Made by a program: the position numbers and the translations under genes
NCBI GenBank assembly: GCA_003597955.1
Contig: QZJU01000006.1
Span: 34,500 to 98,499 of the forward strand
Reading direction: 5' to 3'
Source: Candidatus Parcubacteria bacterium
Lineage (GTDB): Bacteria; Patescibacteriota; Patescibacteriia; PEXW01
Length of the DNA: 64,000 nucleotides
Shown here: positions 1-9,733 of the stretch, one piece after another
Layout: each line of letters opens with the position of its first letter
Numbering within the stretch: the first letter of the stretch is position 1
The notes under the pieces: model-generated
What the model saw: only the letters and a program-made list of their open reading frames with translations
Database searches by the model: none
Told to the model about the DNA's origin: nothing

Positions 1-261
1 ATTGACGCTTTAGGCCTGGATCCAACGGATCGAAGGGTGTTGACTTGCGTGATCGATCAATTTAACGGCGGGCCGGTCGGACTTTCCACCCTGGGCGCCA
101 CCACGGGCGAAGACATTCAAACTCTGGAAGACGTGGTCGAGCCGTTCTTGCTGCAAATTGGTTTATTGGTCCGAACGCCTCGAGGTCGAGTGGCCACGCC
201 CGTAGCCTACCAGCACTTACAGAGAGCCACGCCCGTGGATCTGCAGCAAAGATTGGTTTGA
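1..261 (+). CDS. ruvB: Holliday junction helicase RuvB, C-terminal part (5'-partial)
   Basis: GGPVGLSTL...[21 protein letters not shown] is the RuvB C-terminal signature; frame open from base 1. Confidence 0.95.
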   Translation: MDALGLDPTDRRVLTCVIDQFNGGPVGLSTLGATTGEDIQTLEDVVEPFLLQIGLLVRTPRGRVATPVAYQHLQRATPVDLQQRLV

Positions 262-351
262 TTCAACCGGAAAATTTTTACATGGTCGTAAAATTTGTAG
301 AATTTTTCCAAACCGGACTACTCTTAACAAAGTGATATACTGACAGTAAGT

Positions 352-627
352 ATGACGCTTTCGCTTTGGTTATTATTGATCCCCTTTGGTTTGGTGTTTG
401 GTGTCTGGTTAATTTTAAGCGCGGCGGCGGTTTTAAAAATGTTGCGGTTTGGTTTTTTAAGCCGCGCCGCCGTGATCTCGGTTTTTTTGTTTATCAGCTT
501 TTCGGTTGCGACGATCGTGGTCATCTTTATCTTTTTGCGGCAAGTTGATTGGTCTTCCGGCGTCACCCTGGGTTCGCCGGAAATAAATTTGCCCAATGTC
601 AATGATTTAAAAAATCGATTGCCTTAG
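352..627 (+). CDS. Small hypothetical membrane protein
   Basis: 91 aa, two hydrophobic segments, collinear with neighbours. Confidence 0.7.
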   Translation: MTLSLWLLLIPFGLVFGVWLILSAAAVLKMLRFGFLSRAAVISVFLFISFSVATIVVIFIFLRQVDWSSGVTLGSPEINLPNVNDLKNRLP

Positions 628-640
628 TCATATTTTAGAA

Positions 641-1258
641 ATGAAAATCCAGCCGACTATACCCAATATGTTGCCCGGCGAGAAAGTAATTTTAATGCTG
701 CACCGCCACGGCTTTATCGCCTTTCGTTTTTTTATGATTTATTTATTTTTCGCTACTCTGCCGGTCATCGGTGTCTGGCTTTTAGCCAATTACACCACGG
801 CATTTGCTGATCCGGCTGGATTCGTTTATGCCCTGACCGTTTTGCTTTATGGCGCTTACGCTTTAATTTGGGGCTTGTTATTTTTTATTACCTGGCTGAA
901 TTATTACCTGGATATTTGGATTGTCACCAACGAAAGGATTATAAACATCGCCCAACAGCGCTTGTTTTACCGGGTGGTTTCCGAACAAAAATTATATCGC
1001 GTGCAGGATGTGACCTGGGAAATGAAAGGGGTAATCGCCAACCTTTTTCGCTTCGGTAATGTGCAAGTTCAGACCGCGGGCGAAGACGACAAATTTGTTT
1101 TTGAACATATTTCCCAGCCCGAAAAAGTCGCCCAGACAATCATGTCCCTGCTGGAATCAATCGAAAAACAGATCGGCCTGGACAAAATGGCCGAAGTCGA
1201 AGGCGATCTCGGCAGCCAGGCGGAAAGCAACCCGTCTGCTGGCGGAACCAAACCGTAA
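641..1258 (+). CDS. Membrane-flanked bacterial PH (bPH_2) domain protein
   Basis: Two TM helices, then WIVTNERII...VQDVT...FGNVQVQTAG pattern. Confidence 0.85.
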   Translation: MKIQPTIPNMLPGEKVILMLHRHGFIAFRFFMIYLFFATLPVIGVWLLANYTTAFADPAGFVYALTVLLYGAYALIWGLLFFITWLNYYLDIWIVTNERIINIAQQRLFYRVVSEQKLYRVQDVTWEMKGVIANLFRFGNVQVQTAGEDDKFVFEHISQPEKVAQTIMSLLESIEKQIGLDKMAEVEGDLGSQAESNPSAGGTKP

Positions 1259-1260
1259 AT

Positions 1261-1620
1261 TTAATTTTTTGAAAGCGCTTGGAATTCCGCTTGGGCTTTT
1301 TTGTGTATCTCGGGAAGCAAAACGCTTAGTTGTTCGGGCGAGCATTTTTCCAGGCATTCAAAAGCATGATAGCCTGGCTGATTATTCGAACCAACTTGGA
1401 AAAAGGGCTTAAGTCCGGCCGAGCTTAAGACTTCTCGGATGGCAAAATTGTAAGCCCGGCATTGAGCCTCGGTTTGGCCCTCATAGGCCACCATGTAATT
1501 TTTATCTACCTGCGGCTCCACAACTTGCAAATTGACCTCAACAAGTTCCGCCGCATTTTCCGTTTGGGTTTCAGACTTTTCGTTTTCTTCGGATTCAAAA
1601 TTTATAAATTCACGTTGCAT
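1261..1620 (-). CDS. Hypothetical protein
   Basis: 119-aa ORF filling the gap, protein-like composition. Confidence 0.65.
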   Translation of the reverse strand: MQREFINFESEENEKSETQTENAAELVEVNLQVVEPQVDKNYMVAYEGQTEAQCRAYNFAIREVLSSAGLKPFFQVGSNNQPGYHAFECLEKCSPEQLSVLLPEIHKKAQAEFQALSKN

Positions 1621-1624
1621 AAAT

Positions 1625-2302
1625 TTAGGTTAGTAATTCCAAGAGGATTTTCAAGCGGCTGGCTTGAGCGGCAAAGGGCCCCCAATAACCCTGTTGGCGC
1701 GCGGATTCCAGGACCACAAACATATTATTCCAATCCGTGTCTGTGAATTTTAAGGTTGACTGGGTTCGGAATTCATCGGTTAAAGCCATGGCCAAGCCAA
1801 TTTTAGCGGCCATATCCCAGTCGCCGTCGGCTTTTTCTTGGTCCAAAGCCCGTAAAACACTCGTCCAATCTTCTTCCGTGACCAGGCCGGGGTGGAAACG
1901 GTCTGAATCCGCACCGCGCAAATGGTGGGCGTGGGAAATAAATAAAGCCCAAGCGTCCCTTTTTCGCAAATCATCCAGCGCATTAAGCAAAGCAGTCCAC
2001 AAATCTTCGGGCACGACTAAAATCGAACCGCGAGCTGGGTCGAGTAATTTCAAATGCGAAAGCCGCGCGCCGACCGAAAGCCAGTCTTCAGTTTCCTGGA
2101 AGCGAGAAAGTTCCGCGATCAACGCGTCCCAGTCTGGATCGGTTATTTCAATTTTTCGGTACTTTTCCGGATCCAGCATGGCCAACCGGGAGGCGTGCCA
2201 GGCAAAATCATGCCAGTGTCGGCCGCGCGAGTAATTCGAAAGCTCTTTGACCATGGCTTGCCATTCTTCCTCGCTGATTTGCACATCCTTTGCAAAAGAC
2301 AT
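1625..2302 (-). CDS. Hypothetical tandem-repeat protein (5 x ~44 aa)
   Basis: Repeat with W-x15-W and ...L..LDP visible in translation. Confidence 0.8.
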   Translation of the reverse strand: MSFAKDVQISEEEWQAMVKELSNYSRGRHWHDFAWHASRLAMLDPEKYRKIEITDPDWDALIAELSRFQETEDWLSVGARLSHLKLLDPARGSILVVPEDLWTALLNALDDLRKRDAWALFISHAHHLRGADSDRFHPGLVTEEDWTSVLRALDQEKADGDWDMAAKIGLAMALTDEFRTQSTLKFTDTDWNNMFVVLESARQQGYWGPFAAQASRLKILLELLT

Positions 2303-2358
2303 ACCCAGATTATAGCCTGCTTAAGCGCTTTAACAAAACCTGGTCGACTTTTTTAAAA

Positions 2359-4263
2359 TCAGGGATAAGCCTTAATCAGTGTTATGCCGGTGTAGTAATG
2401 CTTCAAAATCCAATCGAATGTCAGGCCCTGATCGCGCGCGTACTTTAAAGCCCCAAAAGCCGACATGCCGACCATGTGGTTGCCGCCCCCGCCCTTGATG
2501 TAGGTAGTCGGATATGGCGGGCTGGTGCAAATGCCCAAAGGATCATTTACGGAAACCAAGTAAGGGAAATAATCCTTGTCGCCGCCCCAGACTTCGTGAT
2601 AACTGTGGCTGCGGCCGTCATTGCAGGAAGAATAAGCGGCGACAATCGTGCCCACCGTATTTTTTTCCGTGATCGCGCTGGGGTGCGTGGCCACCACCCC
2701 ACGGGTCGTTTGAACGGCAGCGACTACATTTGGAACTTTTAATTCGTAAGCGTAGCCTTCATAGACCTGGTCGGTGGAGGAATTGATGTCGTAAAATTCG
2801 TCTGCGTGCTTGGTTTTGCGCAAATTGTGAAAAAGCGCATATGAACGCGCCGCGGTCACCAGGGTTTTTAAAAATTCCGGGGGGCCGCTGTTGCCGCTTT
2901 CGGCCAAGCCGCTCAAATATTGTTCCAGAGGAAGTTCATTAATCACCCAAACTAAACCGGTTGCTGGCGTATGCCGGAACTCTAAGATTCCGCGGAAAAG
3001 ATTGTAAGGCGTCGACCAGCTCGAAACTTTTAAAATCGTATTCGGGTTTTTGCCCGTAAGCCTGACCGGAAGTGAAGATTTAATAACCGTTGAATTATAA
3101 GTCAGCGTATAAACCCCGGCGCTGTATTGGATTTTTGTTTGACCTTGGGCGGGCACTTCCAGCAGAACCGTCCCGACCGTGTCCTGAACCAGGTAAATCT
3201 GGTCGGAGCTAAAAGTGGCAATATCTTTATTTAGAGAGGTTAAGCCCACGCGAATGATTGGTTCGGCCGCAAGCGTCACCACCCCATTTTGGATAACCGC
3301 TGGTTCAGGAATGGCGACGGTTAAACTCAGCAAACCATTAACAGCGCGGGTTAAGCCGGGCGCTATAACCTGAACCTTTTCCGTAAATTCACCATATCGA
3401 TCCGGTGCCTGCAAAGCAAAACGGAAGGTGCCTTTTTGACCGGGTTTGACTTCTTTGGTGGTTAGTCGGCCCAAGATATTTTTACCGTACCAATTTTTAT
3501 GGTAGAACTGGCTGGTTCCGGCCAAATCAGCGATAGCTAAGACCACTTCACCCTCGCCCCTTCGCTGCCAAGTTTTCGTCCCCGTGTTTTTAACAGTGAG
3601 TTCAAAAGTCTTGGACTTGCCTTTGGGCATAACATACACAGCCGAAGTTGTCAGCCCGGAATCGATTTGATATTGGCTGGTTTTGGGGCCGTCTACCCTG
3701 ACTAAAATTTTGAAACTTCCGCCGGGCATAAAGTCAACACCCCTTACCGCTAAAGAAAACATTTCCACATATTCCCCAGCTTTTTTCGGAGCCTTGAGTT
3801 TAAATTTTACCTGCACGCTCTCGCCAGCCTTAACATCTTTGTTTAAGCTCGCCGGCCGCACAATCGTCCCCCAAGATTTTTCCTTAAAAACCGTGGCGCG
3901 ATTCACATCCAGACCGGTTTTGGTCATTTTTACGGCATTGAGCGCCACCAAATTGGCGCCCTTAGCTTTCCAGGTTTTGGCGCCGGTATTGTTGAAAATT
4001 ACGCTTAGGTCAATTATTTCACCTGGTTCAGCTTGCAGATAGTAAGAACTACGCACGCCAACCGAAGCCCGGTAATCAGGCTTGGATTTTTTGGTCGCCG
4101 CTTCAGCGCTTTGCGGATTAACTAGTGCAAAAATAAAAGCGCCCACGAGCATGAGTAAGCCAAGCGTGGGAAAGCGAAAAAATTCAAAATTATTTTTAAA
4201 ATTTTTCATCACTGCATTTATTTTATCAAGAATTCGGCCAAAAGTCAATAAAAACAAAACCAA
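2359..4263 (-). CDS. Secreted SpoIID/LytB-domain protein with two Ig-like N-terminal domains
   Basis: INELPLEQYL, AARSYAL, DQVY, GMSAFGA, ILKHYYTG SpoIID motifs; two NTGxKTW repeats; real start may be ~4210. Confidence 0.85.
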   Translation of the reverse strand: MVLFLLTFGRILDKINAVMKNFKNNFEFFRFPTLGLLMLVGAFIFALVNPQSAEAATKKSKPDYRASVGVRSSYYLQAEPGEIIDLSVIFNNTGAKTWKAKGANLVALNAVKMTKTGLDVNRATVFKEKSWGTIVRPASLNKDVKAGESVQVKFKLKAPKKAGEYVEMFSLAVRGVDFMPGGSFKILVRVDGPKTSQYQIDSGLTTSAVYVMPKGKSKTFELTVKNTGTKTWQRRGEGEVVLAIADLAGTSQFYHKNWYGKNILGRLTTKEVKPGQKGTFRFALQAPDRYGEFTEKVQVIAPGLTRAVNGLLSLTVAIPEPAVIQNGVVTLAAEPIIRVGLTSLNKDIATFSSDQIYLVQDTVGTVLLEVPAQGQTKIQYSAGVYTLTYNSTVIKSSLPVRLTGKNPNTILKVSSWSTPYNLFRGILEFRHTPATGLVWVINELPLEQYLSGLAESGNSGPPEFLKTLVTAARSYALFHNLRKTKHADEFYDINSSTDQVYEGYAYELKVPNVVAAVQTTRGVVATHPSAITEKNTVGTIVAAYSSCNDGRSHSYHEVWGGDKDYFPYLVSVNDPLGICTSPPYPTTYIKGGGGNHMVGMSAFGALKYARDQGLTFDWILKHYYTGITLIKAYP

Positions 4264-4294
4264 TCCACCAAAAAAACGAAATATGTGTTAAGGT

Positions 4295-5737
4295 ATGGGT
4301 ATGTCGTTAACTCGAAAAATCGCCCTGAATTCCGCGGTGCAGATTGTGGGCAAGGTTTTAAGCACCATTCTGGGTTTAATCGTCATTGGCTTAATTACCC
4401 GAGCCTTAGGCACGGAAAAATTCGGGCATTATGCGACCGCTCTGGCATTTGTGCAAGTTTTTGGAATTTTGGTGGATTTTGGTTTGTACATAGTCTTGGT
4501 CAAAAAAATTTCCGAAGACGAAGCCAATGCGCCAGCCTGGATTAATACGGCTTTTACACTGCGGCTTTACACGGCGGTTGGATTTTTAATTCTCGCCCCG
4601 CTCATTGCTTTATTCACGGCCTACCCCGGGGAGGTTAAAAGCGCTGTTGCCATTGCCACGCTTTCGACCCTGGCGATCACGCTTAACCAGGTGTTAACCG
4701 GCATCTTTCAAAAAGCCTTGCGCATGGACAGGGTAGCAATCGCGGAATTACTTGGCCGCGTAGTTTTATTGGGCTTGACGATTTGGGTGGCGAAAGTCCA
4801 CCCAACCGTTAACTGGGTGATGTTAACCGTGGCCGCTGGCTCGGTGGTCAACTTTATTTTCATTTTTGTTTTCAGCCGAAAGTTTGTGAAAATTCGGTTA
4901 AACTTGGAAAAAGAAAAGGTGAGAATCATTTTAAAGGAAGGCTGGCCTATCGCTTTATCCGTGGTTTTTAATCTTGTATATTTTAAAGCAAACACTTTAA
5001 TCCTGGCCGCAGTCAGGCCCGCCAGCGAAGTGGGCCTGTACGGCGCGGCCAACAAAGTTTTAGAAGTTTTAACCACCTTTCCCGCCATGTTCGCGGGTCT
5101 TTTGACGCCATTGCTGGCCGCCGCCTATGCCGCGAAAGATTTAAACCGATTTAAAACCATCATCCAGAAAGCTTTTGACAACCTTTTGTTGTTGGCCACG
5201 CCTTTGGCTTTGGGTACGGGATTTGTGGCCCACCAAGTAATGTATTTTGTCGGCGGTTCGGAATTCACACCAGCCGCGCCGGTATTAACTATTCTTATGG
5301 TGGCCACGGCCTGCATCTTTTTCGGAAATTTGTTTGCCAATGCTGTGGTGACGGTGAATGCCCAGCGGAAAATGCTTTGGGGTTATGGTTCTGTGGCCGT
5401 CGGGTCGCTGGTAATTTATTTATTAACCATCCCCCGTTTTGGTTTGTACGGCGCTGCGACCACAGCGTTTATAAGCGAATTGACAATTGCCTTGACCGCG
5501 GCGTATTTGGTGTTTCGGGCTACCAACATAAAATTGGAATATAAAATTCTATTCAAAAATCTGCTCGCCTGCCTGCCGATGTTGGGAGCCTTGGCGCTTA
5601 CCCCGAATTTGCATCTGCTTTTTCGGCTGGCTCTCGCCGCCGGCGCTTACTTGGCGGGGCTCTGGCTCTTTAGGATTTTTCCCGTTACCATCATGAAGGA
5701 GATTTTTTCTCGGATAAACTATGCGCGTCGCGATTGA
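4295..5737 (+). CDS. Wzx-type polysaccharide flippase
   Basis: Many TMs, RALG..FG.Y, DFGL, VGLYGAA motifs. Confidence 0.9.
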   Translation: MGMSLTRKIALNSAVQIVGKVLSTILGLIVIGLITRALGTEKFGHYATALAFVQVFGILVDFGLYIVLVKKISEDEANAPAWINTAFTLRLYTAVGFLILAPLIALFTAYPGEVKSAVAIATLSTLAITLNQVLTGIFQKALRMDRVAIAELLGRVVLLGLTIWVAKVHPTVNWVMLTVAAGSVVNFIFIFVFSRKFVKIRLNLEKEKVRIILKEGWPIALSVVFNLVYFKANTLILAAVRPASEVGLYGAANKVLEVLTTFPAMFAGLLTPLLAAAYAAKDLNRFKTIIQKAFDNLLLLATPLALGTGFVAHQVMYFVGGSEFTPAAPVLTILMVATACIFFGNLFANAVVTVNAQRKMLWGYGSVAVGSLVIYLLTIPRFGLYGAATTAFISELTIALTAAYLVFRATNIKLEYKILFKNLLACLPMLGALALTPNLHLLFRLALAAGAYLAGLWLFRIFPVTIMKEIFSRINYARRD

Positions 5738-6788
5738 TTTGCAAGCTACGGCCGGCCAGCCGACTGGCTTTGGCCGGTATCTCAGTCAAATTTACAGGGC
5801 GCTGAAAAAGGTTGCGCCTGGGGATGTTGAGCTTGTCCAAATCAACTGGGTGAAAAAGAATTTACGCACACCGGCGAGGTTGATCTGGGACCAAGTCGGG
5901 CTGCCTTTTGCCGCCGCCTGGAAGCGGCCGGATGTTTTATTCGTGCCGGCATTCAGCACGCCCATTCTTTGGCCGGGAAAAATGGTGGTGGCTTGCCATG
6001 ATCTAATCGGCCGCCTCTTTCCAGAGAATTTTTCCAGAACAGCCAGGCTATATTGGCACGACATCTTGCCAAAAGCTTTGAAATTTGCGGATCAGGTAAT
6101 TACAATTTCCAATTCCAGCAAAAAAGACATTGTCAGGCTTTTGAAAATTCCAGAATCAAAAGTGAATGTAACGCCGCTGGCTGCCGACCCGATTTTTCAG
6201 CCCAATCAGTCTGAAGCATCCAAAACCCGCATAAAAAGAAGCTATAATTTGCCTCGGCCTTTTTGCCTGGCTGTCGGCACAATCGAGCCCAGAAAAAATT
6301 TGCCCTTTTTGGTTGAGGCTTTTGCGCGTGCCAAAAGGAATGATCATGATTTGGTAATCGTTGGCAAGCGCGGCTGGGATGCCGAAAATTTGGAAATGCA
6401 TATTCGAAAATTGCATCTGCAAGATCGAGTAAAGATCTTGGCATATGTACCGGAAACGGATTTACCGGTTTTGTACGCCTCGGCCACAGCTCTGCTGTTT
6501 CCGTCTTTGTACGAAGGGTTTGGTTTGCCGATTCTGGAGGCCATGGCGTGCGGCACGCCCGTGGTTGCCAGCACGGCATCCTCAATCCCCGAAGTAGTTG
6601 GCGAGGCTGGACTTTACGCCGACCCCAAAGATCTAAATGCCTGGCAAGAACAAATTTCCAGGATAATCACTGATTCGGTTTTGCAGAGCAAGCTGCGCGT
6701 TGAAGGCTTAAACCGGGCAAGGGGCTATACTTGGGAAAAGACCGCCTTGAGAACTTTGGAAATATTTTATAAAGTAGCCAAGCTATGA
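5721..6788 (+). CDS. Glycosyltransferase family 4
   Basis: VGTIEPRKN and FPSLYEGFGLPILEAMACG motifs. Confidence 0.95.
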   Translation: MRVAIDLQATAGQPTGFGRYLSQIYRALKKVAPGDVELVQINWVKKNLRTPARLIWDQVGLPFAAAWKRPDVLFVPAFSTPILWPGKMVVACHDLIGRLFPENFSRTARLYWHDILPKALKFADQVITISNSSKKDIVRLLKIPESKVNVTPLAADPIFQPNQSEASKTRIKRSYNLPRPFCLAVGTIEPRKNLPFLVEAFARAKRNDHDLVIVGKRGWDAENLEMHIRKLHLQDRVKILAYVPETDLPVLYASATALLFPSLYEGFGLPILEAMACGTPVVASTASSIPEVVGEAGLYADPKDLNAWQEQISRIITDSVLQSKLRVEGLNRARGYTWEKTALRTLEIFYKVAKL

Positions 6789-8215
6789 TTACCGCTTTAA
6801 ACCTGGGCCGCCAATCAAGATTTTTTTTGGCCAGCGCCTGCCTGGTCATTGCCGTGTCTTTGGCCTTTTTTGGAAGCCGCGAACCAGTTTTGACCTTGTT
6901 CGGGCTTTTGGTTTTAGCCGGTTTTGTTTTGTTTTGTTTTAAGCCTTTTTGGGGAATCATTGCCGTGGTTTTTCTTTTGCCTTTTGAAAGAATCGGCGCC
7001 TATGATTACGCGGGCATTACAGTCCGGCCCAGTCAGGTCGTGGCCATTGTTCTTCTGATCGTCTGGTTGGTCCAGCGGGCATTTCAGGGCCGGTTGGCCT
7101 GGCAAAAACAACCAATTTTCTGGCCGGTTGTGTTTTTTTTAGGCATTAACGCCATTGGCCTGGCCAATTCCGAAAACCTTCAGCGCTCGGTTATGGTTTT
7201 TGGCTTTACGGCCTTTACTTTAATTGTGGGCTTGCTGATCCCGCAGATTATCACCAGCGAGCAACACTTAAAAATTGCCTATGTCGCCTTGGCCGTAACA
7301 ACGCTCCTGGTTTCCGCTTTTGGCATTTTTCAATTCTTAGGCGATTTAGCCGGCCTGCCAAATTCGGTGACAGGTTTACGCGAGCTTTATACCAAGGCGG
7401 TTCTCGGCTTCCCCAGAGTCCAGTCAACGGCTTTGGAGCCTTTGTATTTTGCGAATTTTTTAATTTTTCCAATCTCTTTATTCGTGGCCAGGCTTTTTGG
7501 CAAAATCAAAACCAGCGGCTTGCTGGGCTTGCCCCTGCTTATGGTGTCCGGTCTGGTTTTTGTTTTAACCGTGGCTCGGGGTGGGTATTTTGGTTTGTTG
7601 GCTAGCGTACTCGTGATCTTTTTGCTTTCTTGGCGGCAAATTTTAAACCCCGGCAAAGTTTTGGCGCTTTTTGCTTCGGGCATAATAATTGCCTTTGCCG
7701 CCATGCAGCTTTTAGGCAGCGGTACCGACGCCTTTAGCACGCAAAAATTCGGCCAACATATTCAGGCTTTATTCACGGGCGCTTCTTTTGAAGAACGCGT
7801 GGCGACTTTTGATTTGGCCAACCAAGCGTTTCACGAGCAGCCTTGGGTTGGTATTGGCCCAGGGCAGTTCGGGCCTTACGCCTCCATAAACCCATTTTTT
7901 GAACCCGAAGACGGCTGGAAGATCGTGAACAATCTCACTTTGGAACTGCTGGCTGAAACAGGAATTTTAGGCTTATTAGCAATGGCCTGCGTTTTTATTG
8001 TAATTTTCTGGCGCAGCCTTCGGGTTTTGAAAACTCCAACCTCGCCAAACTTGCGAGCATTTTTAATCGGCGGTACAGCCGCCTTAGTGGGCATTTTGGT
8101 GCAATACCAAACTTTTTCAATTTTATACATTATGCATGTTTGGGTGGCGATCGGCCTGGTCGTCGCCGCCCAAAATATAATTTTAAAACAAGCCCATGTC
8201 GATTCTGGCAATTAG
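6785..8215 (+). CDS. O-antigen ligase (Wzy_C) family membrane protein
   Basis: Multi-TM, LTVARGG, GIGPGQF, NLTLELLAETGILG. Confidence 0.85.
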   Translation: MITALNLGRQSRFFLASACLVIAVSLAFFGSREPVLTLFGLLVLAGFVLFCFKPFWGIIAVVFLLPFERIGAYDYAGITVRPSQVVAIVLLIVWLVQRAFQGRLAWQKQPIFWPVVFFLGINAIGLANSENLQRSVMVFGFTAFTLIVGLLIPQIITSEQHLKIAYVALAVTTLLVSAFGIFQFLGDLAGLPNSVTGLRELYTKAVLGFPRVQSTALEPLYFANFLIFPISLFVARLFGKIKTSGLLGLPLLMVSGLVFVLTVARGGYFGLLASVLVIFLLSWRQILNPGKVLALFASGIIIAFAAMQLLGSGTDAFSTQKFGQHIQALFTGASFEERVATFDLANQAFHEQPWVGIGPGQFGPYASINPFFEPEDGWKIVNNLTLELLAETGILGLLAMACVFIVIFWRSLRVLKTPTSPNLRAFLIGGTAALVGILVQYQTFSILYIMHVWVAIGLVVAAQNIILKQAHVDSGN

Positions 8216-9455
8216 TTTGGGGGTATTAATTTTGTTTTTCGCCTGGCGAAAACCCGTTTGGGTCGGCCTATTCGTCTTGCTTTTGCTGCCCACTTATCAA
8301 TTGCGCTTTGAAGTGTTCGGCTTGCCGACCACGGTTTTGGAATTTTTGGTTTGGTTTTCGGTCGCCGGACTTATCTTAGCCTTGGGTTTAAAAAAAATAA
8401 GCTGGCCAAAACTTTCAAATTGGCATTGGCTGGCAACAGTGATTTGGCTGGGTGTTGGGCTTTTTGGCGTTTGGGTCTCTGGCGATCATTATCAAGCATT
8501 GGGCTTGTATCGAGCTTATTTTTTGGAGCCAATTTTGCTAATGCCCTGGCTGGTAATTATCGCCCAAAGCGAGACCAACCGCCGGTTAGTGCTTTTGGTT
8601 TTTAGTCTTCAAATTTTGATATTAGGCTTCATGGCTCTTGGCCAAAGATTCGGACTTTTTGTCTCACCTTCGCCGTGGATTCTGGAAAATCCCCCTCGGG
8701 TTTCCGGCTGGTTTGCTTTTCCCAACGCTTTGGCTCTGTATGTTGCGCCGCTTTCCGCATTCCTTTTTGGCGCGTGGCTTAAGTTAAGAAGCATAAAAAG
8801 TTGGCCGGAAACGCCCTTGTGGATAATTAGCGCTTTTTTTGGTTTTTTGGCATGCTTGCTGGCAAATTCCCAGGGCGCACTAATTGGTTTAGCTGCAGTT
8901 TTGGTGTCAGCCGGCTTTTTTGTTAAGCGCAAGCGGCTGTGGTTCGGCGTGGTCGTCATCGTCTGCGCCGCCCTGCTCTTTATCCCTATTGTCAGGCAGA
9001 AAAGTTTGGAAATAGTTACTGGCGCGGATGTTTCGACGGATGTGCGAAGAGTTTTATGGCAGGGCACCTGGCGGCTTTTGCAAGCCCGCCCAATTACCGG
9101 CGCGGGTTTGGGCAATTTTCCGGAAGTTTACAAGGTTTACAAGCTGCCCCAGCATGTTGAGTTCTTGCAGTATCCGCATAACTTGATTTTGAATGTTTGG
9201 TCAGAAGTGGGTTTGCCCGGCTTAGTTTTTAGTTTAATTGCCGTTATTTGGCTAAGCATAAGGCTTTTTCAGGCAGTGCGGAATCAGAATCATTGGGCTA
9301 TGGCCGGAGTTTTTGCGTGGCTGGCTTTAGTGGTCCATGGCTTGGTGGATGTGCCATTTTTTAAAAACGATTTAGCCATTTTAACTCTGGGACTCTTTAT
9401 ATTTGCAGTATTTCTGCCGCCGGGCGATAAAGCCAAAAACAAAATTCCGTCATAA
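8196..9455 (+). CDS. O-antigen ligase (Wzy_C) family membrane protein
   Basis: PNALA, GAGLGNF, HNLILNVWSEVG motifs. Confidence 0.88.
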   Translation: MSILAISLGVLILFFAWRKPVWVGLFVLLLLPTYQLRFEVFGLPTTVLEFLVWFSVAGLILALGLKKISWPKLSNWHWLATVIWLGVGLFGVWVSGDHYQALGLYRAYFLEPILLMPWLVIIAQSETNRRLVLLVFSLQILILGFMALGQRFGLFVSPSPWILENPPRVSGWFAFPNALALYVAPLSAFLFGAWLKLRSIKSWPETPLWIISAFFGFLACLLANSQGALIGLAAVLVSAGFFVKRKRLWFGVVVIVCAALLFIPIVRQKSLEIVTGADVSTDVRRVLWQGTWRLLQARPITGAGLGNFPEVYKVYKLPQHVEFLQYPHNLILNVWSEVGLPGLVFSLIAVIWLSIRLFQAVRNQNHWAMAGVFAWLALVVHGLVDVPFFKNDLAILTLGLFIFAVFLPPGDKAKNKIPS

Positions 9456-9535
9456 ATTCAATTTAGACGGAATTTTGTTAACTTGACTCTGGTTAAAATT
9501 TTCCAAAGCCAGTTTTTTGCTTTTGATTGTAAAGT

Positions 9536-9595
9536 TTAGCGCTTCTTCTTCTTTTTGCCACCCTTCTTCTTTTTCGCTGCTTTCTTTTTTGCCAT
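9536..9595 (-). CDS. 19-aa lysine-rich micropeptide MAKKKAAKKKKGGKKKKKR
   Basis: GGAGGTG Shine-Dalgarno 8 nt before ATG; extended -10 TGCTATAAT upstream. Confidence 0.7.
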   Translation of the reverse strand: MAKKKAAKKKKGGKKKKKR

Positions 9596-9733
9596 GGTAA
9601 TGACACCTCCTCTCAAAATAAACTCAAAGTTAAATGTCAAAAATTATTTTTGCTTAACTAAAATAATTATAGCACAAAAAATCTCGTCAAGCAATGTCAA
9701 GAGCCTATTTGACGATTAGGGTTTTAATAAAAA

